DNA from: an uncultured Chloroflexia bacterium
GTDB lineage: Bacteria > Chloroflexota > Limnocylindria > Limnocylindrales > CSP1-4
Direction of reading: 5' to 3'
Length of the DNA: 64,000 nt
Assembly (NCBI GenBank): GCA_963819655.1
Contig: CAWFXA010000001.1
Span: 327,155-391,154, forward strand
Both the position numbers and the translations under genes were made by a program. Every line of letters starts with the position of its first letter. The first letter of the stretch is position 1. A model generated the notes under the pieces. It did not search any database. It was not told the origin of the DNA and saw nothing but the letters and a program-made list of their open reading frames with translations. Positions 54,701-64,000 of the stretch are shown here, one piece after another.

Positions 54701-54838
54701 GTCAGCGTCCACGCGACGCGGCAGGAGCCGTGTGATCTCACGGGCGTTGAGCGCCGCTTGGTGATCGACGTCGACGGCGCCCTGGACCCCAACGCCATCG
54801 AGACGATCTATACCGAGACCGTCACCGGCGCCTCATAA
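51716..54838 (+). CDS. Anti-sigma factor (1040 aa): N-terminal anti-sigma domain, one TM helix, large Cys-containing repeat ectodomain
   Basis: ATGA overlap with the sigma gene. The N-terminal 55 aa are paralogous to the anti-sigma at 4598. TM helix LPAAAVVVLALGVVAGGVAL. Internal ~130-aa repeat (aa ~276-410 versus ~524-655). Confidence 0.7.
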   Translation: MTSPIAPREPWDDRRLAAAFTARAAKTRTPNELVGDVVARVRTEDPPMPVWRRWLPAAAVVVLALGVVAGGVALSGDVRGQGLFREGPRADLKTLATGEFAFDYPAAWHGYDASAAGSGISSVAVLGTQSVERRCGNERHVDLNCVYEQRLEAGQIRLFVGTGAYRGQTIEDRAPIENGTSSRVRVGGMPAIFDEFDARPDSFYGEDTLIHWEIAQPGSAGTNVVRLEAMLREPGVTEGRRQLEALVASFRFTNGPDPSPPPTPEPTPTATPPRLADLRVMTVEELITATESPTPEEVIVRGWLGRSNAIFDCNIEPDPHPLIPRCEEFGLSLFQDPPFVERGTLEPSLPHVVPMLRIDAHADVPAMPGIAVEVLAVGHLLDHRWTTCPEAQQADCKARFVIDRVVAADQPLWDDLPTPWASPDGLPVSGPSEAVGVLSSIVGGVTVVSIGVADADALRSIEWQTRAKPDLQTSWVIRALIGRDAEPIARTFLVGDEGHSTVLEVTETGLVDLIGQPASAPPTEVLGLPVISVEEAIAIRDAGRDDREIAVRGWFPPSRSLRCAYPSPPITFFLEPYCQDGFSVLMAGPETLATGLPGGPHISVDLHDLEMAWYPTADSVEMVAIGHFDDRRSNWCDASRVDACRDRLVVDQVAWAAGAAQPLSVVMRTGTGDPAFGPVDAAITATTEAAILSSAAYRAWELMEIEPSLRDGRPGITDEPILWSVQVLEDERAATYVVVDGTDRVYRVETDGQTVQVGGTPLEDPARSWPPEGVLDVPMPEGGTGLTPKAGVIDRSGLLVEARAAGEADPGRPITELDPGEMAIVQAAPDTVVAYWNGSLCDDRFVLTLYGRGPSEAPDRLELRGERADLCRLALVRYGIRLRFSQPVDAASIRGWDRVGTPFEAFPPVDSTVVFLPKDGGFELPKVRAALIDLSGRVTAVRAIGPDDPRVLDLEAQGKVVWIRDRQLVGRYHLYWTGGICDGDSVVTIDATLSTVSVHATRQEPCDLTGVERRLVIDVDGALDPNAIETIYTETVTGAS

Positions 54839-56180
54839 GCGACCCGCCCCGCGGCCATCGTTAGCAGCACCCGGCCTGCGAGGTCCATCCCGAGCAACGG
54901 CGTGTTCTTGCCCTTCGAGAGCAGCGCGTCGGCGGACGGCGACCAGCGCTCCGAGCGATCGAAGACGACAAGGTCCGCCTGCACCCCTTCGACCAGCCCG
55001 CGCGACCGGCCGATCACAGCCGCCGGCCCCACCGTAAGTGCCGCCACCGCCCGGCTGAGCGTGAGCTCGCCCGCGTCGACGGCCGCAAGCACGAGTCCGA
55101 GGGCCGTCTCGATGCCACCGATCCCATTCGCGGCGAGCCCGAACTCGACGGCCTTGTCGACCTCGGTGTGCGGTGCATGGTCGGTGGCGATCGCATCGGC
55201 GGTCCCATCGGCGAGGGCCGCGAGGCACGCCAGGGCATCGGATGGGCTACGCAATGGCGGATTGACCCGGAGCGAGGACGCGTACGGCGACGCGACGATC
55301 GCTTCGTCGCGCCACGGATCGCCGTCCGCACCTGGCTCCCATGCGAACCGCCGCGCCCCAGCGACCCACTCGTCGGTGAGGGCGAGATGGTGGGGCGTCA
55401 CGTCGCATGTCACGGGGAGTCCGGCAGCCTTCGCGCGACGGATCAGCTCCAGGGCGCCGGATGTCGAGACATGGGTGAGGTGGAGCCTTGTCCCGGGCAC
55501 GTCACGGCGCACGTCAGCGAGGATCGCGAGATCGCGGGCCACCGCGGCCTCCTCGGCCGACGCGGGCCAGCCGCGCAGCCCGAGCACGGTCGCGACGATC
55601 CCGTCGTTCGCCTCGGCGCCGTCGGTCTGGGTCGCGTCCTCCGGGTGATCGACCACAGGCAGTCCGAGCGCTCCCGCGTACGCGAGCGCGTTCCGCAGGA
55701 TCTGCGCGGAGCGGACTGGCGAGCCGTCGTCGGAGAAGCCGACGACCCCGGCATCCGCCAGCTCGCCGAGCGCCGCGAGCGTCTCCCCTGCCCGACCGAC
55801 GGTCACCGCGCCATGCGCCAGCAACTCGACCGGCGATCCGGACGACGCGGCGGCCCCGCGGATCGCCGCGAGCACGCCCGGCTCGTCGAGCGCCGGGGTC
55901 GTATTCGGCATTGCGCAGACCGTCGTGAAGCCGCCGTGCGCGGCGGCGGCGAGACCAGTGGCGACCGTCTCGGCATCCTCGTTGCCCGGCTCCCGGAGGT
56001 GCGCGTGCAGGTCGATGAAGCCCGGGGCGACCACGACGCCGGTGGCGTCGACGCCGTCGGCGTCCGAGCCCTCGAGCCAGGTGACCGCCTCGAGAATCCC
56101 GTCGCGCACGACGATCTCGCCCGGCCCCTCACGGCCGCTCGCCGGATCGACGACCCAGACCCGGCTCAGATCGAGGTCGG

Positions 56181-56184
<4 letters not shown>
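54808..56184 (-). CDS. pyrC: Dihydroorotase
   Basis: Metal-binding motifs FIDLHAHLREPG and DHAPH. GTG start overlaps the pyrB stop (GTGA). Confidence 0.85.
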
Positions 56185-57845
<1,661 letters not shown>

Positions 57846-57896
57846 AGGGTCAGGGAGAAGAATACCGCGCGACGCGACGGAGTTGGGCGGGACCCC

Positions 57897-58454
57897 TCAG
57901 TAGACGTGGACGGTGACGTTGGTGATGCCGCTCCACGACGGGCAGCCGCAGATCCTGAAGAAGTCCGGCCGGTAGAGGTCGACGATGCGCCGTTCGAGCT
58001 GCGGGCCGTAGTCGTTGACGACACGCTCGATGCAGCCGGCAGCGCCGCATATGACCACGGTCGTGCCGCGTGGGAGCCGCATCGCCGTGAAGCCCGCGTC
58101 GTAGAACGTGGCCTCGCCGGTCAGCGAGTACCTGGCGGGCTTGCGGTTCGAGCCGGCAACGCCATCCGGCTGGTCGACCGTGGTCCTGCGCGTCGGGCCG
58201 GCATCTCCGGGTATACCGGGTTCGAAGATCGTCGTCCCGGCACCGAAGACGCCCTCCGAGCGATGGGCATCGTCAAGGCCCGCGATCTCGATAGGCGATC
58301 GCGAGTCGAGCGCGGGGACCGAGTACGGCTGGAACGCTCCAACGGGGACCGGCTCCACGGCGCTGGGGACGCGGGAGCCTGCCAGACCCGGCAGCGAGAC
58401 CAGGGCGAGGGCGGTGCTGATCACCGACCCTACGACCAACCATCTTGGTCGCAC
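57897..58454 (-). CDS. RlpA-like double-psi beta-barrel (DPBB) domain protein (septal ring lytic transglycosylase RlpA family)
   Basis: Signal peptide, then LTGEATFYDAGF...GTTVVICGAAGCIERVVNDYGP...IVDLYRPDFFRICG. Confidence 0.7.
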   Translation of the reverse strand: MRPRWLVVGSVISTALALVSLPGLAGSRVPSAVEPVPVGAFQPYSVPALDSRSPIEIAGLDDAHRSEGVFGAGTTIFEPGIPGDAGPTRRTTVDQPDGVAGSNRKPARYSLTGEATFYDAGFTAMRLPRGTTVVICGAAGCIERVVNDYGPQLERRIVDLYRPDFFRICGCPSWSGITNVTVHVY

Positions 58455-58526
58455 GATAAGGCGGGAACGATACGCTGCCGGACCCCGATGTGCATAGCCC
58501 CGCCCACCACGCGGTGGCCGGCATGA

Positions 58527-60263
58527 TCAGCGGATGACCACCAACTGGGAGCCCGGACCGCTCTCGGCGACGCCGACGCCGTCGTCCGACCATGCGGCGA
58601 TCTGGATGCGGCTGCCCTCTCCACTTTCGCCCGGTGGCGTGGCCCACGCGAGCCGGCCCGCGCCCATCGAGAAGCCAGGCAGCGCCGATTCCCGGGTCGG
58701 CGCGCCGTCGGCGCGTTCGAGGCGGACGTTGGCCTGATCCACGCGATACAGCGTCAGCTGGCCGACCTGCGAGTCCGGCGTCTCGGCGACCCAGACCGCG
58801 ACCCATTCGCCGGCTTCGTCCCAGCGAACGTCGAAATCGCCGGCGGCCTCATCGGCCGCGAGCCGGGATGCCTTCGATCCGATCGCGTCGAGCGGACCGT
58901 CGTCTCTCCAGCGTCGGAGCTCAAGACTCCCGCGTGCCGGCATCCATGTCCCATCGGCATCGGAACGGGCAAGCGAGCCATCCCATGCGATCGCGAAGCG
59001 GCCGGTCGGGTCGACCACGGGCCGCCACAGGTCGCCCGCATCGGCCTCGGCGTGCGTCGCCGGATCGATCATGACGGAGACCGGGCGTGCATCATCGGAC
59101 CCGGGCTGGCTCGGCCGGCTGGCGATGATCTCGTTGCCGGACCACGACGCGAAGTACGACGCGCCGTCGTTCGTGACCTTCGCCGCCTGCTCGTCGCCGA
59201 CGCGCCAGACATGGACGTCCGGACCACCGGAGCCGTCGGCCGGGCGCGCCGTGAACGCGAACCAGGTCCCATCCGGCGAATACGCGGCCGACTCGCCCAC
59301 GACGTCGATGCCGCTCGCGATCGCCACCTTCGCGGCGACGGTCGGTTCGGGTGACACCGTCGGGCTGGCGGATGGCTCGACCGATGGTTCGGTCGCGGCG
59401 CTCCGCGTGGGCGCGAGCGAAGCGGTCGCGCTCGACGGACTGGGCGTCTCCGGCGCGGGCGTCTTGCTCGGTGGGGAAGCAGCCGCTGACGGCTCATCGG
59501 TGCCTTCCGGCATCGTGACGACGACGACCTCGTCGCCCGTGGTCTCGGACTTTGCGATCGCGATGGCCTGACGACGCGTCGGCGACCCGACGATCGTCTT
59601 CGTCGCCCGGTTGAAGGCCACGGCATGGTCCTGGCTCGCGAGCAGCGGCGGACAATCGGCGGCGCCCTTGACCGGGCACACCTCGTCCACCGTCGCGGTG
59701 TGGTGGCCGCCCTCGGGCCCCTGATCGATCCACCCCACGGGACCAACGCTCCCGACCGCGAACGGTGTGGGTTCCACAGCTGCCGATCCGGGCGTCGCGC
59801 TGGCCAACGACGGGCCGTCGCCCGCCGGATCCTCACCCTTCACGCCACTGCCGGTATCCGGATAGATCGAGATGCTCCCCGACAGCAGGCTGACGCCCAC
59901 GACGAGTGCGACGACCGTCAGCCCCGACAAGGCCCCGATCGGCAGCGCACCCAGGCGCCCACGCCGAAAGCGGGCCCGAGAGGCGACAGGTGACTCGGCC
60001 TCGATCGCCGCCGCGGTCCGCGCCCACAGGTCGCGCGGCGGGTCCGGTCGTTCGTCGCGCAGAGAGCGCAGCGCGAGCCGGTCGTCCTCGTATCCCGTGG
60101 CGATCGCCGCACACGCCGGACAACCTGCGACGTGCTCGTCGAGCCAGCTCGACTCCGCGAGCCCGAGGGGGCCGTCAAGCCGTTCGGCGAGCCGCATCCT
60201 GGCGTGGGCATGGGGGTCGGACCACTGATCCTGGCGGCGACGGAGACGCGGGAAGCGGCTCAT
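58527..60263 (-). CDS. Zinc-binding (ZAS-type HxxxCxxC) anti-sigma factor with a TM helix and a large extracytoplasmic PD40-like domain
   Basis: EHVAGCPACAAI motif. TM helix LSGLTVVALVVGVSLL. Pro/Ser/Thr-rich linker. C-terminal YSPDGTWFAF-type repeats. The start overlaps the sigma stop (ATGA). Confidence 0.7.
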   Translation of the reverse strand: MSRFPRLRRRQDQWSDPHAHARMRLAERLDGPLGLAESSWLDEHVAGCPACAAIATGYEDDRLALRSLRDERPDPPRDLWARTAAAIEAESPVASRARFRRGRLGALPIGALSGLTVVALVVGVSLLSGSISIYPDTGSGVKGEDPAGDGPSLASATPGSAAVEPTPFAVGSVGPVGWIDQGPEGGHHTATVDEVCPVKGAADCPPLLASQDHAVAFNRATKTIVGSPTRRQAIAIAKSETTGDEVVVVTMPEGTDEPSAAASPPSKTPAPETPSPSSATASLAPTRSAATEPSVEPSASPTVSPEPTVAAKVAIASGIDVVGESAAYSPDGTWFAFTARPADGSGGPDVHVWRVGDEQAAKVTNDGASYFASWSGNEIIASRPSQPGSDDARPVSVMIDPATHAEADAGDLWRPVVDPTGRFAIAWDGSLARSDADGTWMPARGSLELRRWRDDGPLDAIGSKASRLAADEAAGDFDVRWDEAGEWVAVWVAETPDSQVGQLTLYRVDQANVRLERADGAPTRESALPGFSMGAGRLAWATPPGESGEGSRIQIAAWSDDGVGVAESGPGSQLVVIR

Positions 60264-60850
60264 CGATCGACCTCGGCCGGACGTCCGGCCTCGCGCGCCG
60301 CATCACGCGCCACCTCGGCTGCGGTCTCGGCTTCCCGTTCCGCCGCGAGCGCCTGGCGCAGCGATTCGCGTGCCCGTGTCAGCAGTGCGCGTGCGGCAAC
60401 GTGGCTGACCCCGAGCGCGGCAGCGAGCTCGAGCCCGGTCAGATCGTGGAGCTCGGCGAGTAGCAGCGCGGCGCGCTGGCGTTCCGGGATCCGGGCGAGA
60501 GCGCGCTGGAGGTCACCGGACAGCCGCGCATCCATGACGAGGTGCTCGGCGGATGGCGCCGACCCCTTCGACTCGCCGGTCCACGGCAGGAAGCGGATGA
60601 TCTTGCGCCGTCGGATCTCATCGAGCGCGACGCGGTGGGCGATCTGGTACAGCCACGCGCGGGCGTTCTCGGGCTTCTCGAGCGTGTCGTAGTTCTTGTA
60701 CGCCTTGATGAACGCGTCCTGCGTCATGTCCGCCGCGACCTCCGGGTCGCGCATCATGCGGAACAGGTAGGCGTAGATCTCGCCGTGGTGCTTCGAGAAG
60801 ATCTCCTCGACGAAGATCGCGGCCTCGTCGCGATCCCAGACGCCGCTCAT
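60260..60850 (-). CDS. ECF sigma factor (SigE-like)
   Basis: Region 2 (EIYAYLFRMMRDPEVAADMTQDAFIKAY) and region 4 (LLLAELHDLTGLELAAALGVSHVAARALLTRAR). Confidence 0.85.
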   Translation of the reverse strand: MSGVWDRDEAAIFVEEIFSKHHGEIYAYLFRMMRDPEVAADMTQDAFIKAYKNYDTLEKPENARAWLYQIAHRVALDEIRRRKIIRFLPWTGESKGSAPSAEHLVMDARLSGDLQRALARIPERQRAALLLAELHDLTGLELAAALGVSHVAARALLTRARESLRQALAAEREAETAAEVARDAAREAGRPAEVDR

Positions 60851-61049
60851 AGGGTTGCCTCGATCGGCCCCGATGACGGTCGGACGGCCGAATGGGTCGC
60901 GTAGGTCGGCGGTTGAAGGGTCGAGGACCACGGCGGCTCCGAGCGGATGGGATCGACGTGCGCACGGAATGGGCCATGCACGCTCGATGCGCCAGAGACG
61001 AGGCATCTCCCCCACATGTGACGCCCGACGTGCCCGGGCACCGCCCGAA

Positions 61050-62051
61050 TCAACCCGATCCACCTCCCTCCGGATCGGCGCGGCCAAGGAGTTCCTCCAC
61101 CGCGTCCTCCGGTGAGACGGGGTTCACAGGCAGGCCGGTTCCCAACTCGAGGCCGGCGATCTCGCGCAATCGAGGATGGATCTCCCAGTGCCAGTGGTAC
61201 GTGCCATCGACCTGCTCGCGCAATGGCGCGGTGTGGAGGACGAGGTTGTAGGGCGGCCCATCGAGCGCCCCCGCGAGCATACCGAGCACCTGGCGCAGCG
61301 CCTCCGAGGTGGCCTTGATGGCGCTCGTATCTGCCCGGCCGAAGTCGGCATCGTGGCGGCGCGGCACGATCCAGATCTCGAACGGGGAACGCGAGGCGTA
61401 TGGCGCGAAAGCCACGCTGTCGTGATCCTCCCAGACGAGTCGGTCGGGTCGCTGCGACTCCTCGCGAACGAGGCGGCAGAACGGGCACTCCCCCTCGCGG
61501 ATCACGAACCGCGCCGCGCCGCCGAGCTCCTCGGCGATCCGATGTGGGATCTGGGGCAGGTCGTACAGGTCGAGACACAGGTGGTTGGTCCGTGCCCCCG
61601 CCTGCGCGCCCCAGTTCTGCACGACGGTCAGGTACTCGGTCTGCGGGTCGTCGCGGGCGGCACCCAGCGCGTCGCGCGCGCCAGCGACCAGTCCTTCGAT
61701 GAGATCCGTGCCGACCGCGTGGAGGGGCCGATGCTCGCCCTCGGGCGCGATCACGGTCCGCCACGAGCCGGTCGCCCGGGCCTGCGCCAGCGAGACCTGC
61801 GCGAGACCGTGGTCACGATCGAGCTCACGGGCCTCGGTGTCCGTGCCGACGACATGGAATGCGAACTCCTTCAGCACACGCGTCCGCACGCCGTCGCCCG
61901 TTGCCGAGCAATTCCCGCAGCCGAACAGACGGTCGTCGACGATTTCCGCCGCACGCGCGAATCGATCGCGGTGGAAGGCGCGGTCGACGACCGTCGCGAC
62001 CCACCAGCTCGTGATCGGGTCCTTTCGAAGCTCGAACAGGCCGCTGGCCAT
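61050..62051 (-). CDS. galT: Galactose-1-phosphate uridylyltransferase-family (HIT-superfamily nucleotidyltransferase)
   Basis: Zinc/active-site region CPFC. Histidine motif HWHWEIHP. Two half-barrel repeats. Confidence 0.7.
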   Translation of the reverse strand: MASGLFELRKDPITSWWVATVVDRAFHRDRFARAAEIVDDRLFGCGNCSATGDGVRTRVLKEFAFHVVGTDTEARELDRDHGLAQVSLAQARATGSWRTVIAPEGEHRPLHAVGTDLIEGLVAGARDALGAARDDPQTEYLTVVQNWGAQAGARTNHLCLDLYDLPQIPHRIAEELGGAARFVIREGECPFCRLVREESQRPDRLVWEDHDSVAFAPYASRSPFEIWIVPRRHDADFGRADTSAIKATSEALRQVLGMLAGALDGPPYNLVLHTAPLREQVDGTYHWHWEIHPRLREIAGLELGTGLPVNPVSPEDAVEELLGRADPEGGGSG

Positions 62052-62059
62052 CGGTCGGG

Positions 62060-62791
62060 TCAGGCCTCGACCGTCAGCGGCGCGGCGATCGCCGCAGCGA
62101 ACGACCGCGCGAAGAACCAGGCGGCCTCCTCGACGGAGTCCGTGGTCGGCCGGGCGCCGGGTCGTCCGAGCTCGCGCGCGATCGACGTCGAGACACTGCC
62201 CGGGATCCCGCACGCGTCGATGAGCGTGAAGTCGTCGAGGTCCACCGTGATGTTGAGCGCGATGCCGTGGTAGCTCACGCCCCGTTCGACCCGCAGGCCG
62301 AGCGCCCCGATCTTGCGCGGCTCGGGGCCGTCGACATCGCACCAGCAGCCCGGATGGCCATCGCGCCGGGCCGCGGTCACGCCGAGGGATCCGCAGGTCG
62401 CGACGAGGGCCGCCTCGAGCGCGCGGACGAAGGGTCGGACCAGCAGGCCTCGCTCGTGGAGTCGGACGATGGGGTACGCCACGAGCTGACCGGGCCCGTG
62501 GTAGGTGACCTCGCCGCCGCGCTCGATCCGTTCGACCGGGATGCCCTTCGCTTGGAGTTCGTCGGCCGTCGCGAGGATGTGGGCCGGATCCGAATTCTTG
62601 CCGAGAGTCAGGACCGCAGGATGCTCCAGCAGGAGGAGCTGGTCCTCGATGCGGCCTGCCGCTCGCTCGTCGACGAGCCGCTTCTGGAGGTCGTGCGCCT
62701 CGCGATAGGCGACCCGACCGAGCCACCGGGCGTGCAACGGCGCGGGCTCGCCGAGCGTGCCCGAGAACGGTTCTGTGAGGGTCGCCTCCAC
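62060..62791 (-). CDS. lipB: Octanoyltransferase (lipoyl(octanoyl) transferase)
   Basis: BPL/LipB domain (LLLLEHPAVLTLG, RGGEVTYHGPGQLVAYPIV, KIGALGLRVERGVSYHGIALN). GTG start assumed; the long upstream in-frame extension is Arg-rich. Confidence 0.8.
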   Translation of the reverse strand: MEATLTEPFSGTLGEPAPLHARWLGRVAYREAHDLQKRLVDERAAGRIEDQLLLLEHPAVLTLGKNSDPAHILATADELQAKGIPVERIERGGEVTYHGPGQLVAYPIVRLHERGLLVRPFVRALEAALVATCGSLGVTAARRDGHPGCWCDVDGPEPRKIGALGLRVERGVSYHGIALNITVDLDDFTLIDACGIPGSVSTSIARELGRPGARPTTDSVEEAAWFFARSFAAAIAAPLTVEA

Positions 62792-63196
62792 GTTCGCACG
62801 ATAGCAGGGGCGCCAGTTCGGCCCGTTGCAGGGGTCCAGCGGATGGCCCAACGGTACGGGGTGGCGCGCAGCCGACCGGGTCGCTGCAGATTCGGCCCAG
62901 ACCGGGTAGCGTTCGCCACGCTCACCGTCACGACACGAAGATCGGGTCCCTACTGCATGTCTGCGTACTTCGTTCGCCCGCGCTCGTCCATCGCCGATCC
63001 CGAGCTCGCCCGAGCTCGCGGTCGTCGATCTGCCAGTCGCCCGGGTGTACCGGACTCCGCGTCCGCCGCAGGCACTCATCGACGCTATCGCATCGATGCG
63101 CCGCCCGGTCGAACCCGAGCTCCCTATCGTCCTCACCCTGGCGCCCGTTCCCGCTCGCTCGAGGCGCTGACCGCGACTAGGCGGGCGACCGTCCGT

Positions 63197-63961
63197 TCAG
63201 GCGACTGGCGGCGCCCCGCTCGTCGATGACGCGCTGACCTGACCTGTGACCACAAGAAACGCCACGACGGCGACAAGCGCGACGAGCCCGATCACGACCA
63301 CAAGTCGAATGAAGAGATCGACTCTGCTCCGGGCACCAAGGGTGCCGCTCTGTTGTTCCTGGTCGATCGGTTCGTCCGATGCGGTGACGTCGGCGGCCTG
63401 GTCGGGAACGCTCTCCTCGACATTCGGGACTGCTGGCTGGCTGACGACGCCAGGGTCCATCACGCCGACGAGATCGGTGCCCGCGGAGGCTTTGTCGTCG
63501 GCCGCCTCCGAACGCGACAACTCTGCGATCGCCTGAGCACGTGCTGCCGACGCGATCTCTTCGACGCGGGGCGGTTCCGGCAGCTGGCTGGCCAATTGGG
63601 CGATCTCGGTCGGCTCCCGTTCGCCGGCCAGACGGCCGACAAAACGGTCCAATTCGGCCTGGTACTCCTCGACCGCCTGGCTGGCCCCGGAGATCTCGCG
63701 CTCAACGAGGGCGTCGTGCTGGGCCAGGTGCCGTTCGAGGTCCTCCCGGCGTGCGCCGATGCGACTTTCGGTCTCTCGACGGAGTCGCTCGCTTTCGGCA
63801 GCTGACCATTCATGGATGTGGCCCACGTCCTCTTCCGCGAGCCGCCTGAGCTCCTCCGCCTCGGTCGAAGCGCGGATGCGGACCTTTTGGACATGCGCGT
63901 CGAGGCTGTCTACTGTCTCTGCGGAGATGCGCCCGCGCTCGCGGTCGACGGCTTCCTGCAT
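63197..63961 (-). CDS. Coiled-coil, tail-anchored membrane protein (C-terminal TM helix); the N-terminus may extend beyond 63961
   Basis: Charged heptad-like repeats (EELRRLAEED...ERLRRETESR...LERHLAQHDALVERE). C-terminal hydrophobic LFIRLVVVIGLVALVAVVAFLVV. Confidence 0.45.
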   Translation of the reverse strand: MQEAVDRERGRISAETVDSLDAHVQKVRIRASTEAEELRRLAEEDVGHIHEWSAAESERLRRETESRIGARREDLERHLAQHDALVEREISGASQAVEEYQAELDRFVGRLAGEREPTEIAQLASQLPEPPRVEEIASAARAQAIAELSRSEAADDKASAGTDLVGVMDPGVVSQPAVPNVEESVPDQAADVTASDEPIDQEQQSGTLGARSRVDLFIRLVVVIGLVALVAVVAFLVVTGQVSASSTSGAPPVA

Positions 63962-64000
63962 CTGTCGCGCGATCTCGTGGAGGAAGATCGGGACCGTGCC

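Noticed and set aside
62792-63196. Possible longer lipB N-terminus (in-frame back to 63136) or a separate feature in the 400-bp gap upstream of lipB
   Set aside because: The in-frame extension is Arg/Gly-rich and unlike LipB N-termini. The conserved LipB core begins shortly after the GTG at 62791. No alternative gene or RNA could be supported in the gap.

Overview
This window is a high-GC (about 70%) chromosomal segment with actinobacterial-type features: a PyrR-regulated pyr operon, F420 LLM oxidoreductases, NiSOD with its SodX protease, and several ECF sigma/anti-sigma pairs. Gene density is high, with about 65 protein-coding genes. Overlapping start and stop codons (ATGA/GTGA) between adjacent genes are common. 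Because of the GC content, the six-frame track contains many long antisense ORFs, which I treat as artefacts. I found no rRNA, tRNA, CRISPR array, transposase or integrase.

Core functions present: lysA (5' end outside the window); a split pyrimidine set, with pyrR-pyrB-pyrC at 54.8-57.8 kb and a separate class-1B pyrK-pyrD-pyrE block at 39.5-42.3 kb; lipB; galT; xthA; a fused haem A/haem O synthase (ctaA-ctaB); sodN-sodX; two F420-type LLM oxidoreductases; and a MarR-MFS efflux pair.

Accessory content: three ECF sigma/anti-sigma pairs, two of which are paralogous to each other; a PotABCD-like ABC transporter beside a Rieske oxygenase alpha subunit translationally coupled to a GcvT-family folate-binding protein; and a minus-strand operon of an FAD oxidoreductase, a stand-alone cNMP-binding protein, a TIM-barrel isomerase and a Gfo/Idh/MocA dehydrogenase.

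The strongest candidate for an undescribed system is a co-directional, translationally coupled cluster at 8.0-13.9 kb. It contains an RraA-family aldolase/decarboxylase-like protein, a COG3919 ATP-grasp ligase, an isocitrate/isopropylmalate-dehydrogenase-family enzyme, and a 900-aa fusion of a Wzx/MOP-type flippase with a cyanophycin-synthetase-like ATP-grasp domain. Its substrates cannot be inferred from sequence alone.

Other points worth a second look: a 1040-aa anti-sigma factor with an internally repeated Cys-containing ectodomain; an ECF sigma gene whose N-terminus lies in a different reading frame, suggesting a frameshift; a thrice-repeated perfect palindrome GGTCACCGGGTGACC next to a 40-bp tandem repeat; duplicated TGATGCG-N7-CGCATCA palindromes; tandem PyrR-box-like motifs directly against the pyrR ribosome-binding site; and an acidic internally repeated protein translationally coupled to pyrK.
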